In this document: piece by piece, positions 42,701 through 56,600 of the stretch
Layout: each line of letters starts with the position of its first letter
How positions within the stretch are numbered: position 1 is the first letter of the stretch
NCBI GenBank assembly: GCA_964057225.1
Contig: OZ059900.1
Span: 1,426,001-1,490,000, forward strand
DNA: 64,000 nt
Direction of reading: 5' to 3'
Source of the DNA: Auanema rhodensis
Taxonomy: Eukaryota; Animalia; Nematoda
Translations under genes and position numbers: made by a program
Notes under the pieces: model-generated
Database searches by the model: none
Told to the model about the DNA's origin: nothing
Seen by the model: only the letters and a program-made list of their open reading frames with translations

Positions 42701-43930
42701 GGCTAAATCGCTCATATATATGATCAAAAGCATAGTTTTACTGTCTATGATAACAAAAGTCTTCAAATATACACTAATAATGTGTAAATCACTGAATTTC
42801 ACTCAAATAGCTTTACTACACTAAGTATGGTCGTTTTTATGCCTTTAACACCATATACTCACCGATTTTTGGTACAAAATCTGTAATACTCGTAAATTTT
42901 GATCATATTCGTTAAGATTCGAGAATCAAACATACAATACACAAAATCAGTCTATTTTTATGAGCTTGCACTGATATATATTCATTTTGATCAAAAAAGG
43001 TCGAAAATAGAAAGAATTTTTGAATTTTCCGAGTTTTGAGTCCAATTGGGCTAAATCGCTCATATATATGATCAAAAGCATAGTTTCACTGTCTATGATA
43101 ACAAAAGTCTTCAAATATACACTAGTAATGATTAAATCACTGAATTTCACTCAAATAGCTTTACTACACTAAGTATGGTCGTTTTTATGCCTTTAACACC
43201 ATATACTCACCGATTTTTGGTACAAAATCTGTAATACTCGTAAATTTCGATCATATCCGTTAAGATTCGAGAATCAAACACACAATACACAAAATAAGTT
43301 TATTTTTACGAGTTTGCACTGATATTTATTCATTTTGATCAAAAAAGGTCGAAAATAGAAAGAATTTTTGAATTTTCCGAGTTTTGAGTCCAATTGGGCT
43401 AAATCGCTCATATATATGATCAAAAGCATAGTTTCACTGTCTATGATAACAAAAGTCTTCAAATATACACTAGTAATGATTAAATCACTGAATTTCACTC
43501 AAATAGCTTTACTACACTAAGTATGGTCGTTTTTATGCCTTTAACACCATATACTCACCGATTTTTGGTACAAAATCTGTAATACTCGTAAATTTCGATC
43601 ATATCCGTTAAGATTCGAGAATCAAACACACAATACACGAAATAAGTTTATTTTTACGAGTTTGCACTGATATTTATTCATTTTGATCAAAAAAGGTCGA
43701 AAATAGAAAGAATTTTTGAAATTTCCGAGTTTTGAGTCTAATTTGGCTAAATCGCTCATATATATGATCAAAAGCATAGTTTTATTGTCTATAACAACAA
43801 AAGTCATCAATTAAACGCTAGTGATATTTAAATACTGATTTTCGCTCAAGTAGCATTACTACACTAAGTATGGTCGTTTTTATGCCTTTAACACCATATA
43901 CTCACCGATTTTTGGTACAAATTCTGTAAT
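39750..43930. repeat. 6-mer tandem duplication (2086 bp), 2 copies
   Basis: Six consecutive ORFs 39797-41536 repeat at 41883-43622, all at offset 2086. Confidence 0.9.
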
Positions 43931-46900
43931 ACTTGTAAATTTTGATCATATTCGTTAAGATTTGAGAATCAAACATACAATACACAAAATCAGTCTATTT
44001 TTATGAGCTTGCACTGATATATATTCATTTTGATCAAAAAAGGTCGAAAATAGAAAGAATTTTTGAAATTTCCGAGTTTTGAGTCTAATTTGGCTAAATC
44101 GCTCATATATATGATCAGAAGCATAGTTTTATTGTCTATGACAACAAAAATCATCAATTAAACGCTAGTGATGTTTAAATACTGATTTTCGCTCAAATAG
44201 CATTACTACACTAAGTATGGTCGTTTTTATGCCTTTAACACCATATACTCACCGATTTTTGGTACAAAATCTGTAATACTCGTAAAATTTGATCATATTT
44301 GTTAAGATTTGAGAATCAAACACACAATACACAAAATCAGTCTATTTTTATGAGTTTACACTGATATATATTCATTTTCATCAAAAAAGGTCGAAAATAG
44401 AAAGAATTTTTGAAATTTCCGAGTTTTGAGTCTAATTTGGCTAAATCGCTCATATATATGATCAGAAGCATAGTTTTATTGTCTATGACAACAAAAATCA
44501 TCAATTAAACGCTAGTGATGTTTAAATACTGAATTTCGCTCAAATAGCATTACTACACTAAGTATGGTCGTTTTTATGCCTTTAACACCATATACTCACC
44601 GATTTTTGGTACAAAATCTGTAATACTCGTAAATTTTGATCATATTCGGTGAGATTCGAGAATCAAACACACAATACACGAAATAAGTTTATTTTGACGA
44701 GTTTGAACTGGTATTCATTCATTTTGATCAAAAAAGGTCGAAAATAGAAAGAATTTTTGAAATTTCCGAGTTTTGAGTCTAATTTGGCTAAATCGCTCAT
44801 ATATATGATCAGAAGCATAGTTTTATTGTCTATGACAACAAAAATCATCAATTAAACGCTAGTGATGTTTAAATACTGATTTTCGCTCAAATAGCATTAC
44901 TACACTAAGTATGGTCGTTTTTATGCCTTTAACACCATATACTCACCGATTTTTGGTACAAAATCTGTAATACTCGTAAATTTTGATCATATTCGGTGAG
45001 ATTCGAGAATCAAACACACAATACACGAAATAAGTTTATTTTGACGAGTTTGAACTGGTATTCATTCATTTTGATCAAAAAAGGTCGAAAATAGAAAGAA
45101 TTTTTGAATTTTCCGAGTTTTGAGTCCAATTGGGCTAAATCGCTCATATATATGATCAAAAGCATAGTTTTATTGTCTATAACAACAAAAGTCATCAATT
45201 AAACGCTAGTGATGTTTTAATACTGAATTTCGCTCAAATAGCATTACTACACTAAGTATGGTCGTTTTTATGCCTTTAACACCATATACTCACCGATTTT
45301 TGGTACAAAATCTGTAATACTCGTAAATTTTGATCATATTCGGTGAGATTCGAGAATCAAACACACAATACACGAAATAAGTTTATTTTGACGAGTTTGA
45401 ACTGGTATTCATTCATTTTGATCAAAAAAGGTCGAAAATAGAAAGAATTTTTGAATTTTCCGAGTTTTGAGTCCAATTGGGCTAAATCGCTCATATATAT
45501 GATCAAAAGCATAGTTTTACTGTCTATGATAACAAAAGTCTTCAAATATACACTAATAATGATTGAATCACTGAAATTCACTCAAATAGCATTACTACAC
45601 TAAGTATGGTCGTTTTTATGCCTTTAACACCATATACTCACCGATTTTTGGTACAAAATCTGTGATACTCGTAAATTTTGATCATATTCGGTGAGATTCG
45701 AGAATCGAACACACAATACACAAAATAAGTCTATTTTTACAAGTTTGCACTGATATTTATTCATTTTGATCAAAAAAGGTCGAAAATAGAAAGAATTTTT
45801 GAAATTTCCGAGTTTTGAGTCTAATTTGGCTAAATCGCTCATATATATGATCAAAAGCATAGTTTTACTGTCTATGATAACAAAAGTCTTCAAATATACA
45901 CTAATAATGTGTAAATCACTGAATTTCACTCAAATAGCTTTACTACACTAAGTATGGTCGTTTTTATGCCTTTAACACCATATACTCACCGATTTTTGGT
46001 ACAAAATCTGTAATACTCGTAAATTTTGATCATATTCGTTAAGATTTGAGAATCAAACATACAGTACACAAAATCAGTCTATTTTTATGAGCTTGCACTG
46101 ATATATATTCATTTTGATCAAAAAAGGTCGAAAATAGAAAGAATTTTTGAATTTTCCGAGTTTTGAGTCCAATTGGGCTAAATCGCTCATATATATGATC
46201 AAAAGCATAGTTTCACTGTCTATGATAACAAAAGTCTTCAAATATACACTAGTAATGATTAAATCACTGAATTTCACTCAAATAGCTTTACTACACTAAG
46301 TATGGTCGTTTTTATGCCTTTAACACCATATACTCACCGATTTTTGGTACAAAATCTGTAATACTCGTAAATTTCGATCATATCCGTTAAGATTCGAGAA
46401 TCAAACACACAATACACAAAATAAGTTTATTTTTACGAGTTTGCACTGATATTTATTCATTTTGATCAAAAAAGGTCGAAAATAGAAAGAATTTTTGAAT
46501 TTTCCGAGTTTTGAGTCCAATTGGGCTAAATCGCTCATATATATGATCAAAAGCATAGTTTCACTGTCTATGATAGCAAAAGTCTTCAAATATACACTAG
46601 TAATGATTAAATCACTGAATTTCACTCAAATAGCTTTACTACACTAAGTATGGTCGTTTTTATGCCTTTAACACCATATACTCACCGATTTTTGGTACAA
46701 AATCTGTAATACTCGTAAATTTCGATCATATCCGTTAAGATTCGAGAATCAAACACACAATACACGAAATAAGTTTATTTTTACGAGTTTGCACTGATAT
46801 TTATTCATTTTGATCAAAAAAGGTCGAAAATAGAAAGAATTTTTGAATTTTCCGAGTTTTGAGTCCAATTTGGCTAAATCGCTCATATATATGATCAAAA

Positions 46901-47069
46901 GCATAGTTCTATTGTCTATAACAACAAAAGTCTTTAATTAAACGCTAGTGATGTTTTAATACTGAATTTTGCTCAAATAGCATTACTACACTAAGTATGG
47001 TCGTTTTTATGCCTTTAACACCATATACTCACCGATTTTTGGTACAAAATCTGTAATACTTGTAAATTT

Positions 47070-50000
47070 TGATCATATTCGTTAAGATTCGAAAATCAAA
47101 CACACAATACACGAAATAAGTTTATTTTTACAAGTTTGCACTGATATTTATTCATTTTGATCAAAAAAGGTCGAAAATAGAAAGAATTTTTGAAATTTCC
47201 GAGTTTTGAGTCTAATTTGGCTAAATCGCTCATATATATGATCAGAAGCATAGGTGTATTGTCTATGACAACAAAAGTCATTAATTAAACACTAATGATG
47301 TTTAAATCACTAAATTTCGCTCTAATAGCATTACTACACTAAGTATGGTCGCTTTTATGACTTTAACACCATATACTCACCGATTTTTGGTACAAAATCT
47401 GTAATACTCGTAAATTTTGATCATATTCGTTAAGATTTGAGAATCAAACACACAATACACAATATCAGTCTATTTTTATGAGCTTGCACTGATATATATT
47501 CATTTTGATCAAAAAAGGTCGAAAATAGAAAGAATTTTTGAAATTTCCGAGTTTTGAGTCCAATTTGGCTAAATCGCTCATATATATGATCAAAAGCATA
47601 GTTCTATTGTCTATAACAACAAAAGTCTTTAATTAAACGCTAGTGATGTTTTAATACTGAATTTTGCTCAAATAGCATTACTACACTAAGTATGGTCGTT
47701 TTTATGCCTTTAACACCATATACTCACCGATTTTTGGTACAAAATCTGTAATACTTGTAAATTTTGATCATATTCGTTAAGATTCGAAAATCAAACACAC
47801 AATACACGAAATAAGTTTATTTTTACAAGTTTGCACTGATATTTATTCATTTTGATCAAAAAAGGTCGAAAATAGAAAGAATTTTTGAAATTTCCGAGTT
47901 TTGAGTCTAATTTGGCTAAATCGCTCATATATATGATCAAAAGCATAGTTTCACTGTCTATGATAACAAAAGTCTTCAAATATACACTAGTAATGATTAA
48001 ATCACTGAATTTCACTCAAATAGCATTACTACACTAAGTATGGTCGTTTTTATGCCTTTAACACCATATACTCACCGATTTTTGGTACAAAATCTGTGAT
48101 ACTCGTAAATTTTGATCATATTCGGTGAGATTCGAGGATCGAACACACAATACACGAAATAAGTTTATTTTGACGAGTTTGCACTGATATTTATTCATTT
48201 TGATCAAAAAAGGTCGAAAATAGAAAGAATTTTTGAAATTTCCGAGTTTTGAGTCTAATTTGGCTAAATCGCTCATATATATGATCAAAAGCATAGTTTT
48301 ATTGTCTATGATAACAAAAGTCTTCAAATATACACTAATAATGTGTAAATCACTGAATTTCACTCAAATAGCTTTACTACACTAAGTATGGTCGTTTTTA
48401 TGCCTTTAACACCATATACTCACCGATTTTTGGTACAAAATCTGTAATACTCGTAAATTTTGATCATATTCGTTAAGATTTGAGAATCAAACATACAATA
48501 CACAAAATCAGTCTATTTTTATAAGCTTGCACTGATATATATTCATTTTGATCAAAAAAGATCGAAAATAGAAAGAATTTTTGAAATTTCCGAGTTTTGA
48601 GTCCAATTTGGCTAAATCGCTCATATATATGATCAGAAGCATAAGTGTATTGTCTATGACAACAAAAGTCATTAATTAAACACTAATGATGTTTAAATCA
48701 CTAAATTTCGCTCTAATAGCATTACTACACTAAGTATGGTCGTTTTTATGCCTTTAACACCATATACTCACCGATTTTTGGTACAAAATCTGTGATACTC
48801 GTAAATTTTGATCATATTCGTTAAGATTTGAAAATCAAACACACAATAAACAAAATCAGTCTATTTTTATGAGTTTGCACTGATATATATTCATTTTGAT
48901 CAAAAAAGGTCGAAAATAGAAAGAATTTTTGAATTTTCCGAGTTTTGAGTCCAATTGGGCTAAATCGCTCATATATATGATCAGAAGCATAGATGTATTG
49001 TCTATGACAACAAAAGTCATTAATTGAACACTAATGATGTTTAAATCACTGAATTTCGCTCAAATAGCATTACTACACTAAGTATGGTCGTTTTTATGCC
49101 TTTAACACCATATACTCACCGATTTTTGGTACAAAATCTGTAATACTTGTAAATTTAGATCATATTCGTTAAGATTTGAGAATCAAACACATAATACACG
49201 AAATAAGTCTATTTTTATGAGTTTGCACTGATATTTATTCATTTTGATCAAAAAAGGTCGAAAATAGAAAGAATTTTTGAAATTTCCGAGTTTTGAATCC
49301 AATTGGGCTAAATCGCTCATATATATGATCAAAAGCATAGTTTTATTGTCTATGATAACAAAAGTCTTCAAATATACACTAATAATGTGTAAATCACTGA
49401 ATTTCACTCAAATAGCTTTACTACACTAAGTATGGTCGTTTTTATGCCTTTAACACCATATACTCACCGATTTTTGGTACAAAATCTGTAATACTCGTAA
49501 ATTTTGATCATATTCGTTAAGATTCGAAAATCAAACACACAATACACGAAATAAGTTTATTTTTACAAGTTTGCACTGATATTTATTCATTTTGATCAAA
49601 AAAGGTCGAAAATAGAAAGAATTTTTGAAATTTCCGAGTTTTGAGTCTAATTTGGCTAAATCGCTCATATATATGATCAGAAGCATAGGTGTATTGTCTA
49701 TGACAACAAAAGTCATTAATTAAACACTAATGATGTTTAAATCACTAAATTTCGCTCTAATAGCATTACTACACTAAGTATGGTCGCTTTTATGACTTTA
49801 ACACCATATACTCACCGATTTTTGGTACAAAATCTGTAATACTCGTAAATTTTGATCATATTCGTTAAGATTTGAGAATCAAACACACAATACACAATAT
49901 CAGTCTATTTTTATGAGCTTGCACTGATATATATTCATTTTGATCAAAAAAGGTCGAAAATAGAAAGAATTTTTGAAATTTCCGAGTTTTGAGTCCAATT

Positions 50001-50530
50001 TGGCTAAATCGCTCATATATATGATCAAAAGCATAGTTCTATTGTCTATAACAACAAAAGTCTTTAATTAAACGCTAGTGATGTTTTAATACTGAATTTT
50101 GCTCAAATAGCATTACTACACTAAGTATGGTCGTTTTTATGCCTTTAACACCATATACTCACCGATTTTTGGTACAAAATCTGTAATACTTGTAAATTTT
50201 GATCATATTCGTTAAGATTCGAAAATCAAACACACAATACACGAAATAAGTTTATTTTTACAAGTTTGCACTGATATTTATTCATTTTGATCAAAAAAGG
50301 TCGAAAATAGAAAGAATTTTTGAAATTTCCGAGTTTTGAGTCTAATTTGGCTAAATCGCTCATATATATGATCAAAAGCATAGTTTCACTGTCTATGATA
50401 ACAAAAGTCTTCAAATATACACTAGTAATGATTAAATCACTGAATTTCACTCAAATAGCATTACTACACTAAGTATGGTCGTTTTTATGCCTTTAACACC
50501 ATATACTCACCGATTTTTGGTACAAAATCT
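47070..50530. repeat. Partial duplication at 7-monomer offset (2435 bp): about 47070-48090 matches about 49500-50530
   Basis: ORFs 47096/49531 and 47791/50226. The rare gtcgcttttatgacttt variant occurs at 47348 and 49783. Confidence 0.8.
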
Positions 50531-50554
50531 GTAATACTTGTAAATTTTGATCAT

Positions 50555-53255
50555 ATTCGTTAAGATTTGAGAATCAAACACATAATACACGAAATAAGTC
50601 TATTTTTATGAGTTTGCACTGATATTTATTCATTTTGATCAAAAAAGGTCGAAAATAGAAAGAATTTTTGAAATTTCCGAGTTTTGAATCCAATTGGGCT
50701 AAATCGCTCATATATATGATCAAAAGCATAGTTTTATTGTCTATGATAACAAAAGTCTTCAAATATACACTAATAATGTGTAAATCACTGAATTTCACTC
50801 AAATAGCTTTACTACACTAAGTATGGTCGTTTTTATGCCTTTAACACCATATACTCACCGATTTTTGGTACAAAATCTGTAATACTCGTAAATTTTGATC
50901 ATATTCGTTAAGATTTGAGAATCAAACATACAATACACAAAATCAGTCTATTTTTATGAGCTTGCACTGATATATATTCATTTTGATCAAAAAAGGTCGA
51001 AAATAGAAAGAATTTTTGAAATTTCCGAGTTTTGAGTCTAATTTGGCTAAATCGCTCATATATATGATCAAAAGCATAGTTTTACTGTCTATGATAACAA
51101 AAGTCTTCAAATATACACTAATAATGTGTAAATCACTGAATTTCACTCAAATAGCTTTACTACACTAAGTATGGTCGTTTTTATGCCTTTAACACCATAT
51201 ACTCACCGATTTTTGGTACAAAATCTGTAATACTCGTAAATTTTGATCATATTCGTTAAGATTTGAGAATCAAACATACAATACACAAAATCAGTCTATT
51301 TTTATAAGCTTGCACTGATATATATTCATTTTGATCAAAAAAGATCGAAAATAGAAAGAATTTTTGAAATTTCCGAGTTTTGAGTCCAATTTGGCTAAAT
51401 CGCTCATATATATGATCAGAAGCATAAGTGTATTGTCTATGACAACAAAAGTCATTAATTAAACACTAATGATGTTTAAATCACTAAATTTCGCTCTAAT
51501 AGCATTACTACACTAAGTATGGTCGTTTTTATGCCTTTAACACCATATACTCACCGATTTTTGGTACAAAATCTGTGATACTCGTAAATTTTGATCATAT
51601 TCGTTAAGATTTGAAAATCAAACACACAATAAACAAAATCAGTCTATTTTTATGAGTTTGCACTGATATATATTCATTTTGATCAAAAAAGGTCGAAAAT
51701 AGAAAGAATTTTTGAATTTTCCGAGTTTTGAGTCCAATTGGGCTAAATCGCTCATATATATGATCAGAAGCATAGATGTATTGTCTATGACAACAAAAGT
51801 CATTAATTGAACACTAATGATGTTTAAATCACTGAATTTCGCTCAAATAGCATTACTACACTAAGTATGGTCGTTTTTATGCCTTTAACACCATATACTC
51901 ACCGATTTTTGGTACAAAATCTGTAATACTTGTAAATTTAGATCATATTCGTTAAGATTTGAGAATCAAACACATAATACACGAAATAAGTCTATTTTTA
52001 TGAGTTTGCACTGATATTTATTCATTTTGATCAAAAAAGGTCGAAAATAGAAAGAATTTTTGAAATTTCCGAGTTTTGAATCCAATTGGGCTAAATCGCT
52101 CATATATATGATCAAAAGCATAGTTTTATTGTCTATGATAACAAAAGTCTTCAAATATACACTAATAATGTGTAAATCACTGAATTTCACTCAAATAGCT
52201 TTACTACACTAAGTATGGTCGTTTTTATGCCTTTAACACCATATACTCACCGATTTTTGGTACAAAATCTGTAATACTCGTAAATTTTGATCATATTCGT
52301 TAAGATTTGAGAATCAAACATACAATACACAAAATCAGTCTATTTTTATGAGCTTGCACTGATATATATTCATTTTGATCAAAAAAGGTCGAAAATAGAA
52401 AGAATTTTTGAAATTTCCGAGTTTTGAGTCTAATTTGGCTAAATCGCTCATATATATGATCAAAAGCATAGTTTTACTGTCTATGATAACAAAAGTCTTC
52501 AAATATACACTAATAATGTGTAAATCACTGAATTTCACTCAAATAGCTTTACTACACTAAGTATGGTCGTTTTTATGCCTTTAACACCATATACTCACCG
52601 ATTTTTGGTACAAAATCTGTAATACTCGTAAATTTTGATCATATTCGTTAAGATTTGAGAATCAAACATACAATACACAAAATCAGTCTATTTTTATAAG
52701 CTTGCACTGATATATATTCATTTTGATCAAAAAAGATCGAAAATAGAAAGAATTTTTGAAATTTCCGAGTTTTGAGTCCAATTTGGCTAAATCGCTCATA
52801 TATATGATCAGAAGCATAAGTGTATTGTCTATGACAACAAAAGTCATTAATTAAACACTAATGATGTTTAAATCACTAAATTTCGCTCTAATAGCATTAC
52901 TACACTAAGTATGGTCGTTTTTATGCCTTTAACACCATATACTCACCGATTTTTGGTACAAAATCTGTGATACTCGTAAATTTTGATCATATTCGTTAAG
53001 ATTTGAAAATCAAACACACAATAAACAAAATCAGTCTATTTTTATGAGTTTGCACTGATATATATTCATTTTGATCAAAAAAGGTCGAAAATAGAAAGAA
53101 TTTTTGAATTTTCCGAGTTTTGAGTCCAATTGGGCTAAATCGCTCATATATATGATCAGAAGCATAGATGTATTGTCTATGACAACAAAAGTCATTAATT
53201 GAACACTAATGATGTTTAAATCACTGAATTTCGCTCAAATAGCATTACTACACTA
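50555..53255. repeat. 4-mer tandem duplication (1392 bp, all 348-bp monomers), about 2 copies
   Basis: ORFs 50574/51966 and 50943/52335 at offset 1392. Shared cataagtgta and catagatgta variants. Confidence 0.85.
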
Positions 53256-56200
53256 AGGATGGTCGTTTTTATGCCTTTAACACCATATACTCACCGATTT
53301 TTGGTACAAAATCTGTGATACTCGTAAATTTTGATCATATTCGTTAAGATTCAAAAATCAAACACACAATACACGAAATAAGTTCATTTTTACGAGTTTG
53401 CACTGATATTTATTCATTTTGATCAAAAAAGGTCGAAAATAGAAAGAATTTTTGAAATTTCCGAGTTTTGAGTCTAATTTGGCTAAATCGCTCATATATA
53501 TGATCAAAAGCATAGTTTTATTGTCTATGACAACAAAAGTCATCAATTAAACGCTAGTGATGTTTAAATACTGAATTTCGCTCAAATAGCATTACTACAC
53601 TAAGTATGGTCGTTTTTATGCCTTTAACACCATATACTCACCGATTTTTGGTACAAAATCTGTAATACTCGTAAATTTTGATCATATTCGTTAAGATTTG
53701 AGAATCAAACATACAATACACAAAATCAGTCTATTTTTATGAGCTTGCACTGATATATATTCATTTTGATCAAAAAAGGTCGAAAATAGAAAGAATTTTT
53801 GAAATTTACGAGTTTTGAGTCTAATTTGGCTAAATCGCTCATATATATGATCAAAAGCATAGTTTTATTGTCTATGACAACAAAAGTCATTAGTTAAACA
53901 CTAATGATGTTTAAATCACTAAATTTCGCTCAAATAGCATTAGTACACTAAGTATGGTCGTTTTTATGCCTTTAACACCATATACTCACCGATTTTTGGT
54001 ACAAAATCTGTAATACTTGTAAATTTTGATCATATTCGTTAAGATTCGAGAATCAAACACATAATACACGAAATAAGTCTATTTTTATGAGTTTGCACTG
54101 ATATTTATTCATTTTGATCAAAAAAGGTCGAAAATAGAAAGAATTTTTGAAATTTCCGAGTTTTGAGTCTAATTTGGCTAAATCGCTCATATATATGATC
54201 AAAAGCATAGTTTTATTGTCTATGACAACAAAAGTCATCAATTAAACGCTAGTGATGTTTAAATACTGAATTTCGCTCAAATAGCATTAGTACACTAAGT
54301 ATGGTCGTTTTTATGCCTTTAACACCATATACTCACCGATTTTTGGTACAAAATCTGTAATACTCGTAAATTTTGATCATATTCGTTAAGATTTGAGAAT
54401 CAAACATACAATACACAAAATCAGTCTATTTTTATGAGCTTGCACTGATATATATTCATTTTGATCAAAAAAGGTCGAAAATAGAAAGAATTTTTGAAAT
54501 TTACGAGTTTTGAGTCTAATTTGGCTAAATCGCTCATATATATGATCAAAAGCATAGTTTTATTGTCTATGACAACAAAAGTCATTAGTTAAACACTAAT
54601 GATGTTTAAATCACTAAATTTCGCTCAAATAGCATTAGTACACTAAGTATGGTCGTTTTTATGCCTTTAACACCATATACTCACCGATTTTTGGTACAAA
54701 ATCTGTAATACTTGTAAATTTTGATCATATTCGTTAAGATTCGAGAATCAAACACATAATACACGAAATAAGTCTATTTTTATGAGTTTGCACTGATATT
54801 TATTCATTTTGATCAAAAAAGGTCGAAAATAGAAAGAATTTTTGAAATTTCCGAGTTTTGAGTCTAATTTGGCTAAATCGCTCATATATATGATCAAAAG
54901 CATAGTTTTATTGTCTATGACAACAAAAGTCATCAATTAAACGCTAGTGATGTTTAAATACTGAATTTCGCTCAAATAGCATTACTACACTAAGTATGGT
55001 CGTTTTTATGCCTTTAACACCATATACTCACCGATTTTTGGTACAAAATCTGTAATACTCGTAAATTTTGATCATATTCGTTAAGATTTGAGAATCAAAC
55101 ATACAATACACAAAATCAGTCTATTTTTATGAGCTTGCACTGATATATATTCATTTTGATCAAAAAAGGTCGAAAATAGAAAGAATTTTTGAAATTTACG
55201 AGTTTTGAGTCTAATTTGGCTAAATCGCTCATATATATGATCAAAAGCATAGTTTTATTGTCTATGACAACAAAAGTCATTAGTTAAACACTAATGATGT
55301 TTAAATCACTAAATTTCACTCAAATAGCTTTACTACACTAAGTATGGTCGTTTTTATGCCTTTAACACCATATACTCACCGATTTTTGGTACAAAATCTG
55401 TAATACTCGTAAATTTTGATCATATTCGTTAAGATTTGAGAATCAAACATACAATAAACAAAATCAGTCTATTTTTATGAGTTTGCACTGATATATATTC
55501 ATTTTGATCAAAAAAGGTCGAAAATAGAAAGAATTTTTGAATTTTCCGAGTTTTGAGTCCAATTGGGCTAAATCGCTCATATATATGATCAGAAGCATAG
55601 ATGTATTGTCTATGACAACAAAAGTCATTAATTGAACACTAATGATGTTTAAATCACTGAATTTCGCTCAAATAGCATTACTACACTAAGGATGGTCGTT
55701 TTTATGCCTTTAACACCATATACTCACCGATTTTTGGTACAAAATCTGTGATACTCGTAAATTTTGATCATATTCGTTAAGATTCAAAAATCAAACACAC
55801 AATACACGAAATAAGTTCATTTTTACGAGTTTGCACTGATATTTATTCATTTTGATCAAAAAAGGTCGAAAATAGAAAGAATTTTTGAAATTTCCGAGTT
55901 TTGAGTCTAATTTGGCTAAATCGCTCATATATATGATCAAAAGCATAGTTTTATTGTCTATGACAACAAAAGTCATCAATTAAACGCTAGTGATGTTTAA
56001 ATACTGAATTTCGCTCAAATAGCATTACTACACTAAGTATGGTCGTTTTTATGCCTTTAACACCATATACTCACCGATTTTTGGTACAAAATCTGTAATA
56101 CTCGTAAATTTTGATCATATTCGTTAAGATTTGAGAATCAAACATACAATACACAAAATCAGTCTATTTTTATGAGCTTGCACTGATATATATTCATTTT

Positions 56201-56600
56201 GATCAAAAAAGGTCGAAAATAGAAAGAATTTTTGAAATTTACGAGTTTTGAGTCTAATTTGGCTAAATCGCTCATATATATGATCAAAAGCATAGTTTTA
56301 TTGTCTATGACAACAAAAGTCATTAGTTAAACACTAATGATGTTTAAATCACTAAATTTCGCTCAAATAGCATTAGTACACTAAGTATGGTCGTTTTTAT
56401 GCCTTTAACACCATATACTCACCGATTTTTGGTACAAAATCTGTAATACTTGTAAATTTTGATCATATTCGTTAAGATTCGAGAATCAAACACATAATAC
56501 ACGAAATAAGTCTATTTTTATGAGTTTGCACTGATATTTATTCATTTTGATCAAAAAAGGTCGAAAATAGAAAGAATTTTTGAAATTTCCGAGTTTTGAG
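53030..56600. repeat. Duplication at 7-monomer offset (2433 bp) enclosing a local 695-bp dimer repeat
   Basis: ORFs 53358/55791 (offset 2433) and 54053/54748 (offset 695). aaggatgg at about 53256 and 55688. Confidence 0.75.
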
